A stretch of DNA of 64,000 nucleotides. Source: an uncultured Myxococcales bacterium (GTDB taxonomy: Bacteria; Myxococcota; UBA4151). The notes beneath the pieces are model-generated. The model made no database searches. It was given only the letters and a program-made list of their open reading frames with translations, and had not been told where the DNA came from. The position numbers and the translations under genes were made by a program. Each line of letters begins with the position of its first letter. Position 1 is the first letter of the stretch. Shown one piece after another: positions 17,657 to 26,879 of the stretch. Location: positions 50,402-114,401 of the forward strand of contig CAXGWI010000001.1 of NCBI GenBank assembly GCA_964013405.1, written 5' to 3'.

Positions 17657-17938
17657 TCAGGCCAACGAGTCGAGGGCCTGGGCCACCAGTTCTGCGACTT
17701 CACGCAGCGTTTCAGGCGGCTGATCCGGTGGTTCGTTCAAGAAGACTTGGAAGTGATTTTCCACCTCAAGGGCGAAGTTGAGCAGGCCCATACTATCGAG
17801 ACCGAGATCAGCTTGGAGGCGTGTTGACGGTGCCCAGTCTCCTGGAAGTTCGCAGTGATCCCGCAGGATCATGACCAGGTCTGAATGGATTTCGGCGAGG
17901 CGCTCAGGGGATGAACCGCCCCCTGTTTTCAAAGGCAT
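17657..17938 (-). CDS. stand-alone acyl carrier protein
   Basis: The phosphopantetheine attachment motif DLGLDSMGLLNFALEVE sits about 45 aa after the Met of MPLKTGGG…. The track ORF begins earlier (18007), but that N-terminus would overlap the methyltransferase gene. Confidence 0.7.
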   Translation of the reverse strand: MPLKTGGGSSPERLAEIHSDLVMILRDHCELPGDWAPSTRLQADLGLDSMGLLNFALEVENHFQVFLNEPPDQPPETLREVAELVAQALDSLA

Positions 17939-18464
17939 CGAGATAGCCTCCTGACTGCTCAAGGGCAGCCTCTTCTCGCCCGATGCGATGCCGCAAAAGG
18001 AGCCCATTGGCTAGGCTGAATACGAGGGCTGTCATCCAAGCTCCGCCCAGTAATGGCAGGGCTAAAATCTCCAGTACCACGCCCAGATAGTTGGGGTGCC
18101 GAATCCACCGATAAAGCCCACCCACTTGGGGCGGTGCCTCGGGCAGGATCATGATCGTGACTGTCCACCGCGGCCCAAGGGTCGAAATGGCCTCCCAACG
18201 CAAAGCTTGGCCCACAAGGAGTGCGAAGGCGCTGCTATAGACGAGCCAAGATGGTAGTTCAGTGGCAAAGAACGTGGCCTCGATGACGGCAGCGACCAAC
18301 CACAGGCTATGCAAGGCCCGCATCCAGGGCATCTGCTCTGGTGCGACTTCATAGCCTCCAGAGGCCACGATTTGGGCCTGATGCGTTGCGCTCAGGCGTA
18401 GTTCGGACAATCGCTGTAATCCAACCAGGCCAAGCAGTGCGAGGTAAGCCAGAAGAGGTGACAT
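17904..18464 (-). CDS. isoprenylcysteine carboxyl methyltransferase (ICMT)-family membrane methyltransferase (SrsB/FtpB-like)
   Basis: The RHPNYLG motif is present in a polytopic membrane protein. Its start MSPLLAYL at 18464 shares 1 nt with the PKS stop (18464-18466). Confidence 0.8.
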   Translation of the reverse strand: MSPLLAYLALLGLVGLQRLSELRLSATHQAQIVASGGYEVAPEQMPWMRALHSLWLVAAVIEATFFATELPSWLVYSSAFALLVGQALRWEAISTLGPRWTVTIMILPEAPPQVGGLYRWIRHPNYLGVVLEILALPLLGGAWMTALVFSLANGLLLRHRIGREEAALEQSGGYLDAFENRGRFIP

Positions 18465-19528
18465 CAGCCCACGCGCTCCAAGAGATTCAGCTCGGCACAA
18501 AAAGCCGGTCCCATCGCCGCCATCAGCCCCCGTTGTCCCGGGGGTGGCAAGGCTTTCAGCAATTCATGAAGAACGAACAAAACAGAGGTCGAACTCATGT
18601 TCCCATAGGTGGCCAGACTATCCCAACTCGCCTGCAGGTCAGCCTGACTCAAGCCCAGAGCTTCCTGCATGGCACCAAGGACCTTGGGGCCCCCGGGATG
18701 GGCCACGTAGAAGTCTAAGGCATCTGCGCCAAGGTCAGCATCCCGAAGCAGACCTTCCACCGCAGAGGGAAGCTCCTCTTTCACAAGACTTGGAACCTCA
18801 GGGGATAAGACAACCTTAAAGCCACTATCGACAACATCCCAGCCCATGATCCGCTCGGTCTGCGGGAAGAAGACTGAGCGCGGATGCGACCAGGCCAGTG
18901 GTGCACTCGCCGCAAGCGGATGCTCATCACCAACCATCAGCACGGCCGCACAGCCGTCACCGAAGAGGCCACTGGCGATGATATTGGCCACACTCAGGTC
19001 TTCCCGCTGTAGCGTCAGCGAACAAAGTTCAACGGAGAGGAGAATGCCAGCCTCGCCGGGGTGTCCCCGCAGATAATCCCCCAGCCGGTTCACGCCAGCA
19101 CAGCCTGCGAGACAACCAAGGCCGAACAGGGGCACTCGTTTGGTCGCTGGCGAAAACTCCAGCCGATTCATCACCCGCGCCTCAAGACTCGGGACGGCGA
19201 TCCCCGTGACCGTGGTGCTGATCACGATCGAAATCTCGTCCGGTGCCAACCCGGCCCGGGCCAGCAGGTCCTGAATCGCCGCCTCTGCCATGTCTGTCGC
19301 CACTCGGATCCACGCATCGTTATGGGCGCCAAAGCCATCGAGCGACTCGTAGGCTTCGATGGGCAGCGCAAGATGGCGGCCGCCGACCAGAACATTTCGT
19401 TGAAACTGTTCGATCCGCCCCGGGTTGTAGTAGCGCTCGCCCCAACGCTGAAGGAGGGCAGCGATGAGTTCATCTTGGCTGTATTCATGGGGCGCTAAGG
19501 CCGTTGCCGTCGAATGAATCCGGACCAT
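18464..19528 (-). CDS. type III polyketide synthase (chalcone/stilbene synthase family; alkylresorcinol/alkylpyrone synthase-like)
   Basis: The catalytic Cys context is GCLAGCAGVNRL. Also present are HPGGPKVL and YGNMSSTSVLFVL (the His/Asn triad region). The protein is 354 aa. Confidence 0.9.
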   Translation of the reverse strand: MVRIHSTATALAPHEYSQDELIAALLQRWGERYYNPGRIEQFQRNVLVGGRHLALPIEAYESLDGFGAHNDAWIRVATDMAEAAIQDLLARAGLAPDEISIVISTTVTGIAVPSLEARVMNRLEFSPATKRVPLFGLGCLAGCAGVNRLGDYLRGHPGEAGILLSVELCSLTLQREDLSVANIIASGLFGDGCAAVLMVGDEHPLAASAPLAWSHPRSVFFPQTERIMGWDVVDSGFKVVLSPEVPSLVKEELPSAVEGLLRDADLGADALDFYVAHPGGPKVLGAMQEALGLSQADLQASWDSLATYGNMSSTSVLFVLHELLKALPPPGQRGLMAAMGPAFCAELNLLERVG

Positions 19529-19927
19529 TTATGTGACTCCCGTGCGTTGGATTAATCCGCTATCGATACGAAATCTCTTGAGCCACCGACCCTCGCAATC
19601 CGCCATCCGTCGACTGTCCTCAGGGGCCTCGTGGTCTTCACCAAGGAGGTGAAGCAGTCCGTGGACCAGGAGGATGACCATTTCATCGGTAAGGCTGTTG
19701 CCAAGCTCCTGGGCCTGTCTGCGTGCTGTCTCGACTGAAATCACCACATCGCCGAGACAAGGTGCGTTGCGGGGGACGGGCAGGTCGAATTGGGGAAAGC
19801 TGAGCACATCAGTTGCCTGGTCAAGACCGCGCCATTCGGCGTTCAGAACTCGGATCCCATCATCATCAGTGAGCACGATACTCACCTCCGTGTGGCCCTC
19901 AGTGACCCAATCGGTGCAAATCGTCGC
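19529..19927 (-). CDS. ybeY: rRNA maturation endoribonuclease YbeY; start uncertain
   Basis: The zinc motif HGLLHLLGEDH and the upstream VLSFPQ are present. The track ORF starts at 20095, but the first roughly 55 codons overlap pgpH. The stop at 19529 is 1 nt before the PKS ATG. Confidence 0.75.
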   Translation of the reverse strand, partial: ATICTDWVTEGHTEVSIVLTDDDGIRVLNAEWRGLDQATDVLSFPQFDLPVPRNAPCLGDVVISVETARRQAQELGNSLTDEMVILLVHGLLHLLGEDHEAPEDSRRMADCEGRWLKRFRIDSGLIQRTGVT

Positions 19928-22325
19928 TGCCACTCTCCTCAACCGGCGTGGGATCGATGGTAGGAGTCGGATCGGCGTCTGGCTTTGGGTGCTGAGTCGA
20001 ACTGTTGCTGTCACGGCGCTCCTTCGTTGCTGGCTCTTGGTAGCGCGGCCGATGATGGTAGATTCCAACCAAAACTGCGTGGAACGCATTCGCAATCTTG
20101 TGGAGGTCGCGCAGGGTCAGATCGCATTCGTCGAGTTGCCCTTCCGCGAAGATCTTATTGGTCATTTTCTGCACAAGACCTCGAAGGCGGTCCGGGTCAG
20201 GAATGTCGACGGTCTTGGCCGAAGCTTCGACCGCATCGGCAATCATGAGCAGGGCTGCTTCGGGGTATTGGGGCTTACGCCAATGATGGCTGTAATCCTC
20301 CACATCAACCCGCTCACCTTCGGGGGCTAGTTCCACAGCTTTCTTATAAAAGAAGCTGATGACCCGGGAGCCGTGGTGCATCTCGATCCCGTCGATGATC
20401 TCCTCGCCGAGACCATAACTTCGGGCCAATTCCTGGCCCTCCGAGACGTGCTTTTTAATGATGAGCACACTCATGCTTGGTTTGAGCTTATCGTGGGGGT
20501 TCTCACCCCTTTGATTCTCGCCAAAATACTCCGGGTAGAGCCCTTTGCCGATGTCATGGTAATAGGCCATGACCCGCGCCAATAAGGGATTCCTACCGAT
20601 CGCCTGGGCCCCGGCTTCAACCAGCGAAGCGACCATCATGGAGTGGTGATAGGAACCCGGTGCTCGCAGCGCGAGCTCCCGAAGTGCAGGGTGATCGAGG
20701 TTGGAGAGCTCGGCCAAGCGCAAATTGGTCATGTAGCCAAAGACCCATTCGATCACCGGCGTGATCATCGGAATTCCAACGGCGGCGAGTAACCCACCGA
20801 GGACATAGTTGATGCCCTCGAACCCCATTTCTTGGCTGACGGCCCCCCCCTCGATGAGTGTCGTCCCCAGGCTAATGCCCCAGGCCGCAATTCCAGCGAC
20901 CAGGCCTGCTCGAAGGAAATCGGTGCGTCGGCGAGCTCCGTCCATCAAGCTCGCGCCCACCAAAGAGCCCAACATCACGGGTAGCGTATCGCTGATTTCC
21001 CCGGTGGCAGCGATGGCGATCAAGGGCGACGAAACCACCACAAAAACTAAGGTCACCGTTCCATCGAGCACGAAGGCCACGAGGAGGGCCCCCGCAACCA
21101 CTGGCAACAGGGGTCTCAACAGTCCGGCATGGAGTTCTGGGCGCTGGGCAGCCACGGCATCGAGAACGCCGCTCAAAAGGGAAATCGCCGCCAATTGAAC
21201 AACGAGGGTGACAGCCATAAAGGCCAGATCTCGAGCATCGGGCCGATACCGGGCCATGTGCCGCAAGGCGAACCAATGAACGCAGGCGACGAGCAAAGCG
21301 ATGAGTAAACCGGCACCGAGGGCAACCAACCAAGCTGCTAAGGCGCCCTGCTGGTTAATCTGTTTGAACAACAGGACGTGGTCGGCGGTCACTTCTTGGC
21401 CCCGACGAACGAGCACTTCACCCCGAGCGACGTTTTGCACCACCACTGGGATCTGGTGTCGAGCTAAGCGCTGACGTTCGGCCGTCTCAGCGGCGTTGTA
21501 GGTCGCCGTTGGGACCACCAAATGTCCAAGCAGTTGGGCCAAACTGCGACCGATGCGATCGTCGATGCGCTCAAGGTTGGCGGCAACTCGCAACTCAGGC
21601 TCGCGACTGAGGACCACCTCGACAAGGCGCTTACGAAGTGTTTTCAGGTCATCGAGGGCCTCAAGGCTGGTGAATCGCTCTTGCCGTGGACCGCGCAGCG
21701 TTAGGCCACGCACAGCCCGAGACTGGGCCCGCTGGCGACTCTCCACGACAGGACGCTCGTAGACTGACTGCAAGACGTCACCGAGAACCTGGGCCACCTC
21801 AGTCCGATAGCCGAGGCGATCGAGGGCATCGAACTCCACCGGCATCCCCTGGATCTGAAGTCCCTTTGAGAACTCCAGTTGGGCTCGCTGGCGACGGTTG
21901 TTCAACTCGGCCAGCGCAAAGCTGTAATCGACTTCTCGGTCCCCGTCCCCTCCCCCATCGATCCGGTCTTGTAGGGCTCTTCTGGCTTCCGCGATGGCCT
22001 GCATCTCGACGGCCATCGCGGAGTAGGTCTCCCGGAGGACGCGAGTGACCCGATCCACGGCCACTCGAGCGTGATCGTAGACCACAGGAACAGTCTGAGC
22101 CGCCTCGTCCCGCCGCCGTTGGGTCTCAGCCTGGTCGGTCACTCGCGTGCTGCGGGCTGCACGAATATCTCGCAGGGCAACCTTTCCTGGCTCTGGTACA
22201 CGCACTTGGGCCGTCGTGAGATCCGGGCGCATCGCCAAGGTGCCCGCAACCATCAGAAGGAGGATGAGACAGGCGAGGAGGCTTCGGCTTGGCTGGCCGC
22301 CTCGTGATCGTAGCAGGGACAACAT
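19899..22325 (-). CDS. 7TM receptor with intracellular HD hydrolase domain (PgpH/YqfF-type, putative cyclic-di-AMP phosphodiesterase)
   Basis: An N-terminal extracytoplasmic region is followed by 7 TM helices and an HD domain (HHSMMVASL…YYHDIGK). The protein is 808 aa. Confidence 0.8.
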   Translation of the reverse strand: MLSLLRSRGGQPSRSLLACLILLLMVAGTLAMRPDLTTAQVRVPEPGKVALRDIRAARSTRVTDQAETQRRRDEAAQTVPVVYDHARVAVDRVTRVLRETYSAMAVEMQAIAEARRALQDRIDGGGDGDREVDYSFALAELNNRRQRAQLEFSKGLQIQGMPVEFDALDRLGYRTEVAQVLGDVLQSVYERPVVESRQRAQSRAVRGLTLRGPRQERFTSLEALDDLKTLRKRLVEVVLSREPELRVAANLERIDDRIGRSLAQLLGHLVVPTATYNAAETAERQRLARHQIPVVVQNVARGEVLVRRGQEVTADHVLLFKQINQQGALAAWLVALGAGLLIALLVACVHWFALRHMARYRPDARDLAFMAVTLVVQLAAISLLSGVLDAVAAQRPELHAGLLRPLLPVVAGALLVAFVLDGTVTLVFVVVSSPLIAIAATGEISDTLPVMLGSLVGASLMDGARRRTDFLRAGLVAGIAAWGISLGTTLIEGGAVSQEMGFEGINYVLGGLLAAVGIPMITPVIEWVFGYMTNLRLAELSNLDHPALRELALRAPGSYHHSMMVASLVEAGAQAIGRNPLLARVMAYYHDIGKGLYPEYFGENQRGENPHDKLKPSMSVLIIKKHVSEGQELARSYGLGEEIIDGIEMHHGSRVISFFYKKAVELAPEGERVDVEDYSHHWRKPQYPEAALLMIADAVEASAKTVDIPDPDRLRGLVQKMTNKIFAEGQLDECDLTLRDLHKIANAFHAVLVGIYHHRPRYQEPATKERRDSNSSTQHPKPDADPTPTIDPTPVEESGSDDLHRLGH

Positions 22326-22334
22326 GACTATCGG

Positions 22335-23132
22335 TTACCCCTTGGGGGCCACCTGGCTCAAGCCCTTGGCTTCATTCCAGAGCGCGTCAAGGTCCGTGAC
22401 CCGCTCCCAGGTCTCGTTACGCTGGGCCAGAATCCCCTCGATCGCCTGGACTCGGTCGGTAAACTTCCGAGTGGCCCGGCGCAGGGCCGCTTCCGGCTCG
22501 AGGTCCATGTGCCGGGCCCACTGGGCGAGACTAAACAACAAGTCGCCAAACTCTCCTTCGAGATCCCCCTGATGGCCGCTTTGTCGCGCGGCCTCTAACT
22601 CGTCTAACTCTTCTAGGACTTTCGACCGCACCCCGGCGACGTCTTCCCAGTCGAGCCCAACACGTGCGGCTTTTTCGCCGAGGCGAGCAGCCCGCTGGAG
22701 CGCGGGTGCAGCCGGCGGAATACCGGCGACGATGGAGCGCTGCTTCCCCTTTTTTTCTGCCCGCTTGATCTGTTCCCACTGCTGTTCGACCGCACCGGCA
22801 TCTAGACTTCGATTGTCTTCGAAAACATGGGGATGCCGCCGGATCAGTTTATCGCAAATACCATCGATCACTTCATCCAGGGTGAAGGCACGCTCCTCCT
22901 TGGCAATTCGGCTCTGGAAGACGACCTGGAGGAGAAGGTCTCCCAACTCATCACATTGGGCCTTTCGGTCGCCTCGCTCCATAGCCTCCAAGCACTCGTA
23001 GGCTTCTTCAATGAGGTAAGGCTGCAAACTCTCCATGGTTTGCTCAGCATCCCATGGACAACCACCAGGGTCGCGGAGTTGATCCATGATCTCGACGAGA
23101 CGGTCAAAGCGGGCTGCTGTTTCTGACATCAC
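22335..23132 (-). CDS. mazG: nucleoside triphosphate pyrophosphohydrolase MazG
   Basis: Tandem MazG domains are present: LIEEAYE…LGDLLLQV and EELDELEAA…EFGDLLFSL. Confidence 0.9.
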   Translation of the reverse strand: MMSETAARFDRLVEIMDQLRDPGGCPWDAEQTMESLQPYLIEEAYECLEAMERGDRKAQCDELGDLLLQVVFQSRIAKEERAFTLDEVIDGICDKLIRRHPHVFEDNRSLDAGAVEQQWEQIKRAEKKGKQRSIVAGIPPAAPALQRAARLGEKAARVGLDWEDVAGVRSKVLEELDELEAARQSGHQGDLEGEFGDLLFSLAQWARHMDLEPEAALRRATRKFTDRVQAIEGILAQRNETWERVTDLDALWNEAKGLSQVAPKG

Positions 23133-23144
23133 ACCCTCCGCTGC

Positions 23145-24737
23145 CTAGCCTCGACGGCGCCGGCGAAGCCAGCGGCGAGGGTCTGGAATAGCATGAGACA
23201 GCATCTCAAACTCAGGAAGTGAGAGGCTCCTGCAGGCCATCACGAGTGAGACGAGGCCGACGCCAACAAAAACAGACAGCTTGAAAATAGCCATCCATGA
23301 ACTGCGCTCCCAACCAAACTCTTGCCGCAACCAATAAACAGGAAGGCCCATGATCGTCGCAGCAGCGATGCTGCGAAACAGACTCGCGACGAGCGCAGGA
23401 TAGACCCAACTCTCTAAAGACCGGCGGAGCCAATAGAGCAGAATGACCAATTGAACCAGGGTCGCGAGGGCGAGCCCCGCAGCGAGACCAGCCACACCAA
23501 AGTAGTATGCGAGCGCGCCACCAGCGACCGCATTGACGATGAGGGCGCAGACTCCAGCTTGAACGGGTCGTTTGGTATTTTTCAATGCGAAGAAGACCTG
23601 GGTGACCATCCGGACACCAGCGGCCGGGAGAAGCCCCACAGACAACCAAAACAGCACGTCAGCCGTGAGGGATGCGGCTTCTTTGCTGAAGTTTCCATGC
23701 CCAAACAGGACGATAATGATGGGATCCGCCAACAGGGCCATCCCGACCGCTGCAGCACAGGATACCAACAACAATGACCCCATGGAATTCCGAAAGAGTT
23801 CGGAGAACCCCCGGTGGTCACCCATGGCCCGAAACCGACTAAAGGACGGCTGACTTGCCGTGGCCATGGCGACCGCGAAGAGGCCTAAGGTCAGCTCTTG
23901 GACGCGGGTTGCGTTGTAATACTGTGTCACCGCGCCTTCGGGAAGCAAGCTGGCGTAGGTTCGCAGGATGACGATGTTGATCTGATAAACCGCAATGCCA
24001 AAGAGTTGGGGCACCATCAGGCGACCGGCCTCTGGCAAACCAGGGTGACCGGGCGCCCAAGCGGGCAACATGCCACATTTGCTGACGGCGACATCCGTAC
24101 CCATGACGATCAGTTGGACGATCCCACCGCAGACCACACCCACGGCCAAACCATAGATGGGGTGGGGCAAGAAGGTCATCGGAAGGACCGCACCTGCGAT
24201 CACGCAGATGTTGAAAAATACCGGCGTCGCTGCCGCTGACGCGAAGCGGCGATGCGCGTTTGCAATCCCGCCGTAAAATCCGACCAGCGAGACCAGGCCT
24301 AAATAGGGGAACATCCAACGGGTCAGGTTCAGAGCCAACTCAAAGGTCTTGGGGTCGTCGCGAAAACCAAATGCAAACAAGGAGACCAGCGCCGGCGCAA
24401 AGAACATCCCCAGTCCGACCAGGCTGAAGACGAGCAGGGCCCAGATTCCGAGGAGCGCTCGGGCGTAGCGCCGGGCTCCCTCTTCGCCCTCTTGGGCAAG
24501 GCGCTCAGCGTAGGTAGGGACCAGAATCGCTGAAACCGCCCCCTCGCCGACCAAACGACGAAAAACATTGGGGATGGTTTGGGCGATGAAGAACGCGTCG
24601 GCCACGATGGTTGCACCAAAGATATTGGCGACGACGATATCTCGGATGGCACCAAAAACTCGGGACACGAGGGTCCATGCGCCGACGACGCCCGTGGAAC
24701 GGGCCACCTTTCTCGTTTCCTCAGCGGCCTCGCTCAT
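23145..24737 (-). CDS. murJ: lipid II flippase MurJ (MviN)
   Basis: A 530-aa polytopic protein whose N-terminus STGVVGAWTLVSRVFGAIRDIVVANIFGA is the MurJ signature. Confidence 0.9.
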   Translation of the reverse strand: MSEAAEETRKVARSTGVVGAWTLVSRVFGAIRDIVVANIFGATIVADAFFIAQTIPNVFRRLVGEGAVSAILVPTYAERLAQEGEEGARRYARALLGIWALLVFSLVGLGMFFAPALVSLFAFGFRDDPKTFELALNLTRWMFPYLGLVSLVGFYGGIANAHRRFASAAATPVFFNICVIAGAVLPMTFLPHPIYGLAVGVVCGGIVQLIVMGTDVAVSKCGMLPAWAPGHPGLPEAGRLMVPQLFGIAVYQINIVILRTYASLLPEGAVTQYYNATRVQELTLGLFAVAMATASQPSFSRFRAMGDHRGFSELFRNSMGSLLLVSCAAAVGMALLADPIIIVLFGHGNFSKEAASLTADVLFWLSVGLLPAAGVRMVTQVFFALKNTKRPVQAGVCALIVNAVAGGALAYYFGVAGLAAGLALATLVQLVILLYWLRRSLESWVYPALVASLFRSIAAATIMGLPVYWLRQEFGWERSSWMAIFKLSVFVGVGLVSLVMACRSLSLPEFEMLSHAIPDPRRWLRRRRRG

Positions 24738-26017
24738 TCCGCCTCTCGAGTGACGGATGCGCCCAGCTTCGACAGCTTGATCTCGAGATTCTCATAGCCC
24801 CGATCAAGATGGTAGATGCGCCGAACGATGGTCTCTCCATGAGCCACAAGACCGGCCAGAACCAAGGATGCCGAGGCCCTTAGATCCGAGGCGGTCACGG
24901 GCGCACCAGAAAGGCGCTTAACGCCTCGAATGGTGGCCGTCCGGCCCTCGACATGAATGTCCCCCCCCATGCGAACCAATTCGGAGGCGTGGAGGTAGCG
25001 ATTCTCGAAGATTTTTTCCGTGAACATGCTGCGGCCTTGCGCCACTGCCATCACGGCCATCAGCTGAGCTTGCATGTCCGTCGGAAAGCCTGGGTATTCA
25101 CCAGTGGTCACATCGACCGCTCGGGGGCGAAATGGCGCGTCGATGGTCACCTCACCGATTCCGGCTCCATTGACCTCGCCGATCTTCAGGCGACAGTCAG
25201 CTTCCCTCAGTTTCTCCACCAAGGCCTCGACATGGGACACTGGGCAGTTCGACAAGGTGAGGGACCCCTGCCCGATCGCACCGGCACACAAGAGGGTGCC
25301 CGCCTCAATGCGATCCGGTGGCACCTCGAAACGGCAGCCCGAAAGACGGTCCTGCCCCTGAATCACCAACCGGTGCGTTCCCTCACCCTCGATCTCTGCA
25401 CCCATGGCCCTGAGCAATTCGACGAGGGCGACAATCTCAGGCTCCCGGGCCGCGTTCTCGATCACACTCTCGCCCCGGGCCAAGACCGCAGCCATCAGGG
25501 CATTCTCCGTACCGCCGACCGTGATCTTCTCAAACACGACCCGCCCACCGACCAAGCCGCCGGGGGGGGTACGAGCAACCACATAGCCGGACTCCACCTC
25601 GATCCGGGCCCCTAGGGACTCCATGGCCTTCAAGTGGAGATCCACCGGCCGGGATCCAATGGCGCAGCCGCCCGGCATACTGACCCGAGCCTGCCCGCAG
25701 CGAGCAAGAAGCGGCCCCAGCACAAGAACCGAAGCCCGCATCGTCCGCACCAGATCATAGGCTGCGGTGGTGTCCTCGATCGTGGGTGTCGTCAGAACGA
25801 GCTCGCCGCCCCGGCGCTCTGTGAATTCCGTACCGAGGCTCACCAACAATCGCCCCATGGTCTGAACATCGACGAGCCGTGTGGGGGCTCCGGCAAAGCG
25901 GATCGGTTCTTCCGACAACAAAGTCGCCGCCATTAAGGGAAGCGCAGCATTTTTCGCGCCGCTCACCCGAACCGTACCACTGATGGGGCGCCCACCCTGG
26001 ATGCGAAAGATATCCAT
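24734..26017 (-). CDS. murA: UDP-N-acetylglucosamine 1-carboxyvinyltransferase
   Basis: MDIFRIQGGRPISGTVRVSGAKNAALP… is the start of a full-length (427 aa) MurA. It overlaps murJ by ATGA. Confidence 0.95.
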   Translation of the reverse strand: MDIFRIQGGRPISGTVRVSGAKNAALPLMAATLLSEEPIRFAGAPTRLVDVQTMGRLLVSLGTEFTERRGGELVLTTPTIEDTTAAYDLVRTMRASVLVLGPLLARCGQARVSMPGGCAIGSRPVDLHLKAMESLGARIEVESGYVVARTPPGGLVGGRVVFEKITVGGTENALMAAVLARGESVIENAAREPEIVALVELLRAMGAEIEGEGTHRLVIQGQDRLSGCRFEVPPDRIEAGTLLCAGAIGQGSLTLSNCPVSHVEALVEKLREADCRLKIGEVNGAGIGEVTIDAPFRPRAVDVTTGEYPGFPTDMQAQLMAVMAVAQGRSMFTEKIFENRYLHASELVRMGGDIHVEGRTATIRGVKRLSGAPVTASDLRASASLVLAGLVAHGETIVRRIYHLDRGYENLEIKLSKLGASVTREAE

Positions 26018-26643
26018 CAGCGACCCTTGAGCGGCCGCACACGGATATTGCGGATGTGGAGGTCAGTCTTCCAGTTATTGAACCCTAGCCGGTCGTGACC
26101 AGGCCCCACTAACGGCTTTTTGTCTGTCCGCTGCATGAAGGGACGACCGTCGAGAAACCACTCGATGAGCCCTGAGCCGCCATGGAGACTGCGCCTGACC
26201 TTCCACTGGTACCAGTGGCCTGGATCCCACTTGCCCTTCTTCCGAGTCCGACCGGTTTCATGTTCATCTTCTTTGGCGATCACGGCCAATGAGTTCCCCC
26301 AGCCACCGAGAATGCTGATGTAGCCGCTCTCGTGCCGAACCCCATCACCGCAAAACTCAAGCTTTCCGTCAGGCAGGTCTCGGCCCATCATCTCAAACTC
26401 AACCTCGAAGCTGTCGGGGACTTTGCGCTGGAGCCACAAAGGAAAGCGATTCTCCTCGCCAAGACTGCGCAACACACCATTCTCAACCCGCCAACTCCCG
26501 CCAACCGAAGCGAGCACGGTCGGGTCGATCTGCGATCCAAAATCGATCCGAAGCTCCTCGGTGAGCAGGGGAACCTCAGCACCGGCAGGCATGCGGCAGG
26601 CACCGGCGCAGATGAGCAATAGGCAGACGACCCGCAACGGCAA
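26017..26643 (-). CDS. secreted protein with signal peptide, possibly a DUF1080/LamG-like jelly-roll (3-keto-disaccharide hydrolase-like) domain
   Basis: The signal peptide is MPLRVVCLLLICAGACRMPAGAEV. The family assignment rests on size and topology only. Confidence 0.45.
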   Translation of the reverse strand: MPLRVVCLLLICAGACRMPAGAEVPLLTEELRIDFGSQIDPTVLASVGGSWRVENGVLRSLGEENRFPLWLQRKVPDSFEVEFEMMGRDLPDGKLEFCGDGVRHESGYISILGGWGNSLAVIAKEDEHETGRTRKKGKWDPGHWYQWKVRRSLHGGSGLIEWFLDGRPFMQRTDKKPLVGPGHDRLGFNNWKTDLHIRNIRVRPLKGR

Positions 26644-26879
26644 ACTCCTCGCTTGGTGTCGCTGCCTACCCGAAGCCTGGTCTGTTGCAAACGGCTTTAC
26701 GGTGGAAGGCCCGAAAGTGAACTTGTCGCGCTCCAGGCCGCGGGCTACGCCCCAGGCAGGAGGACAAGGTCCTGCAGCCCGAGAGCCCAGAAGAAAAAGC
26801 TGCCCACGAAGCGCAGCGCTATTTTATCGCCGCCCAGACCCGTAACGAACGTCGGATTTGGGCCGTCCTGGGGCCAATT

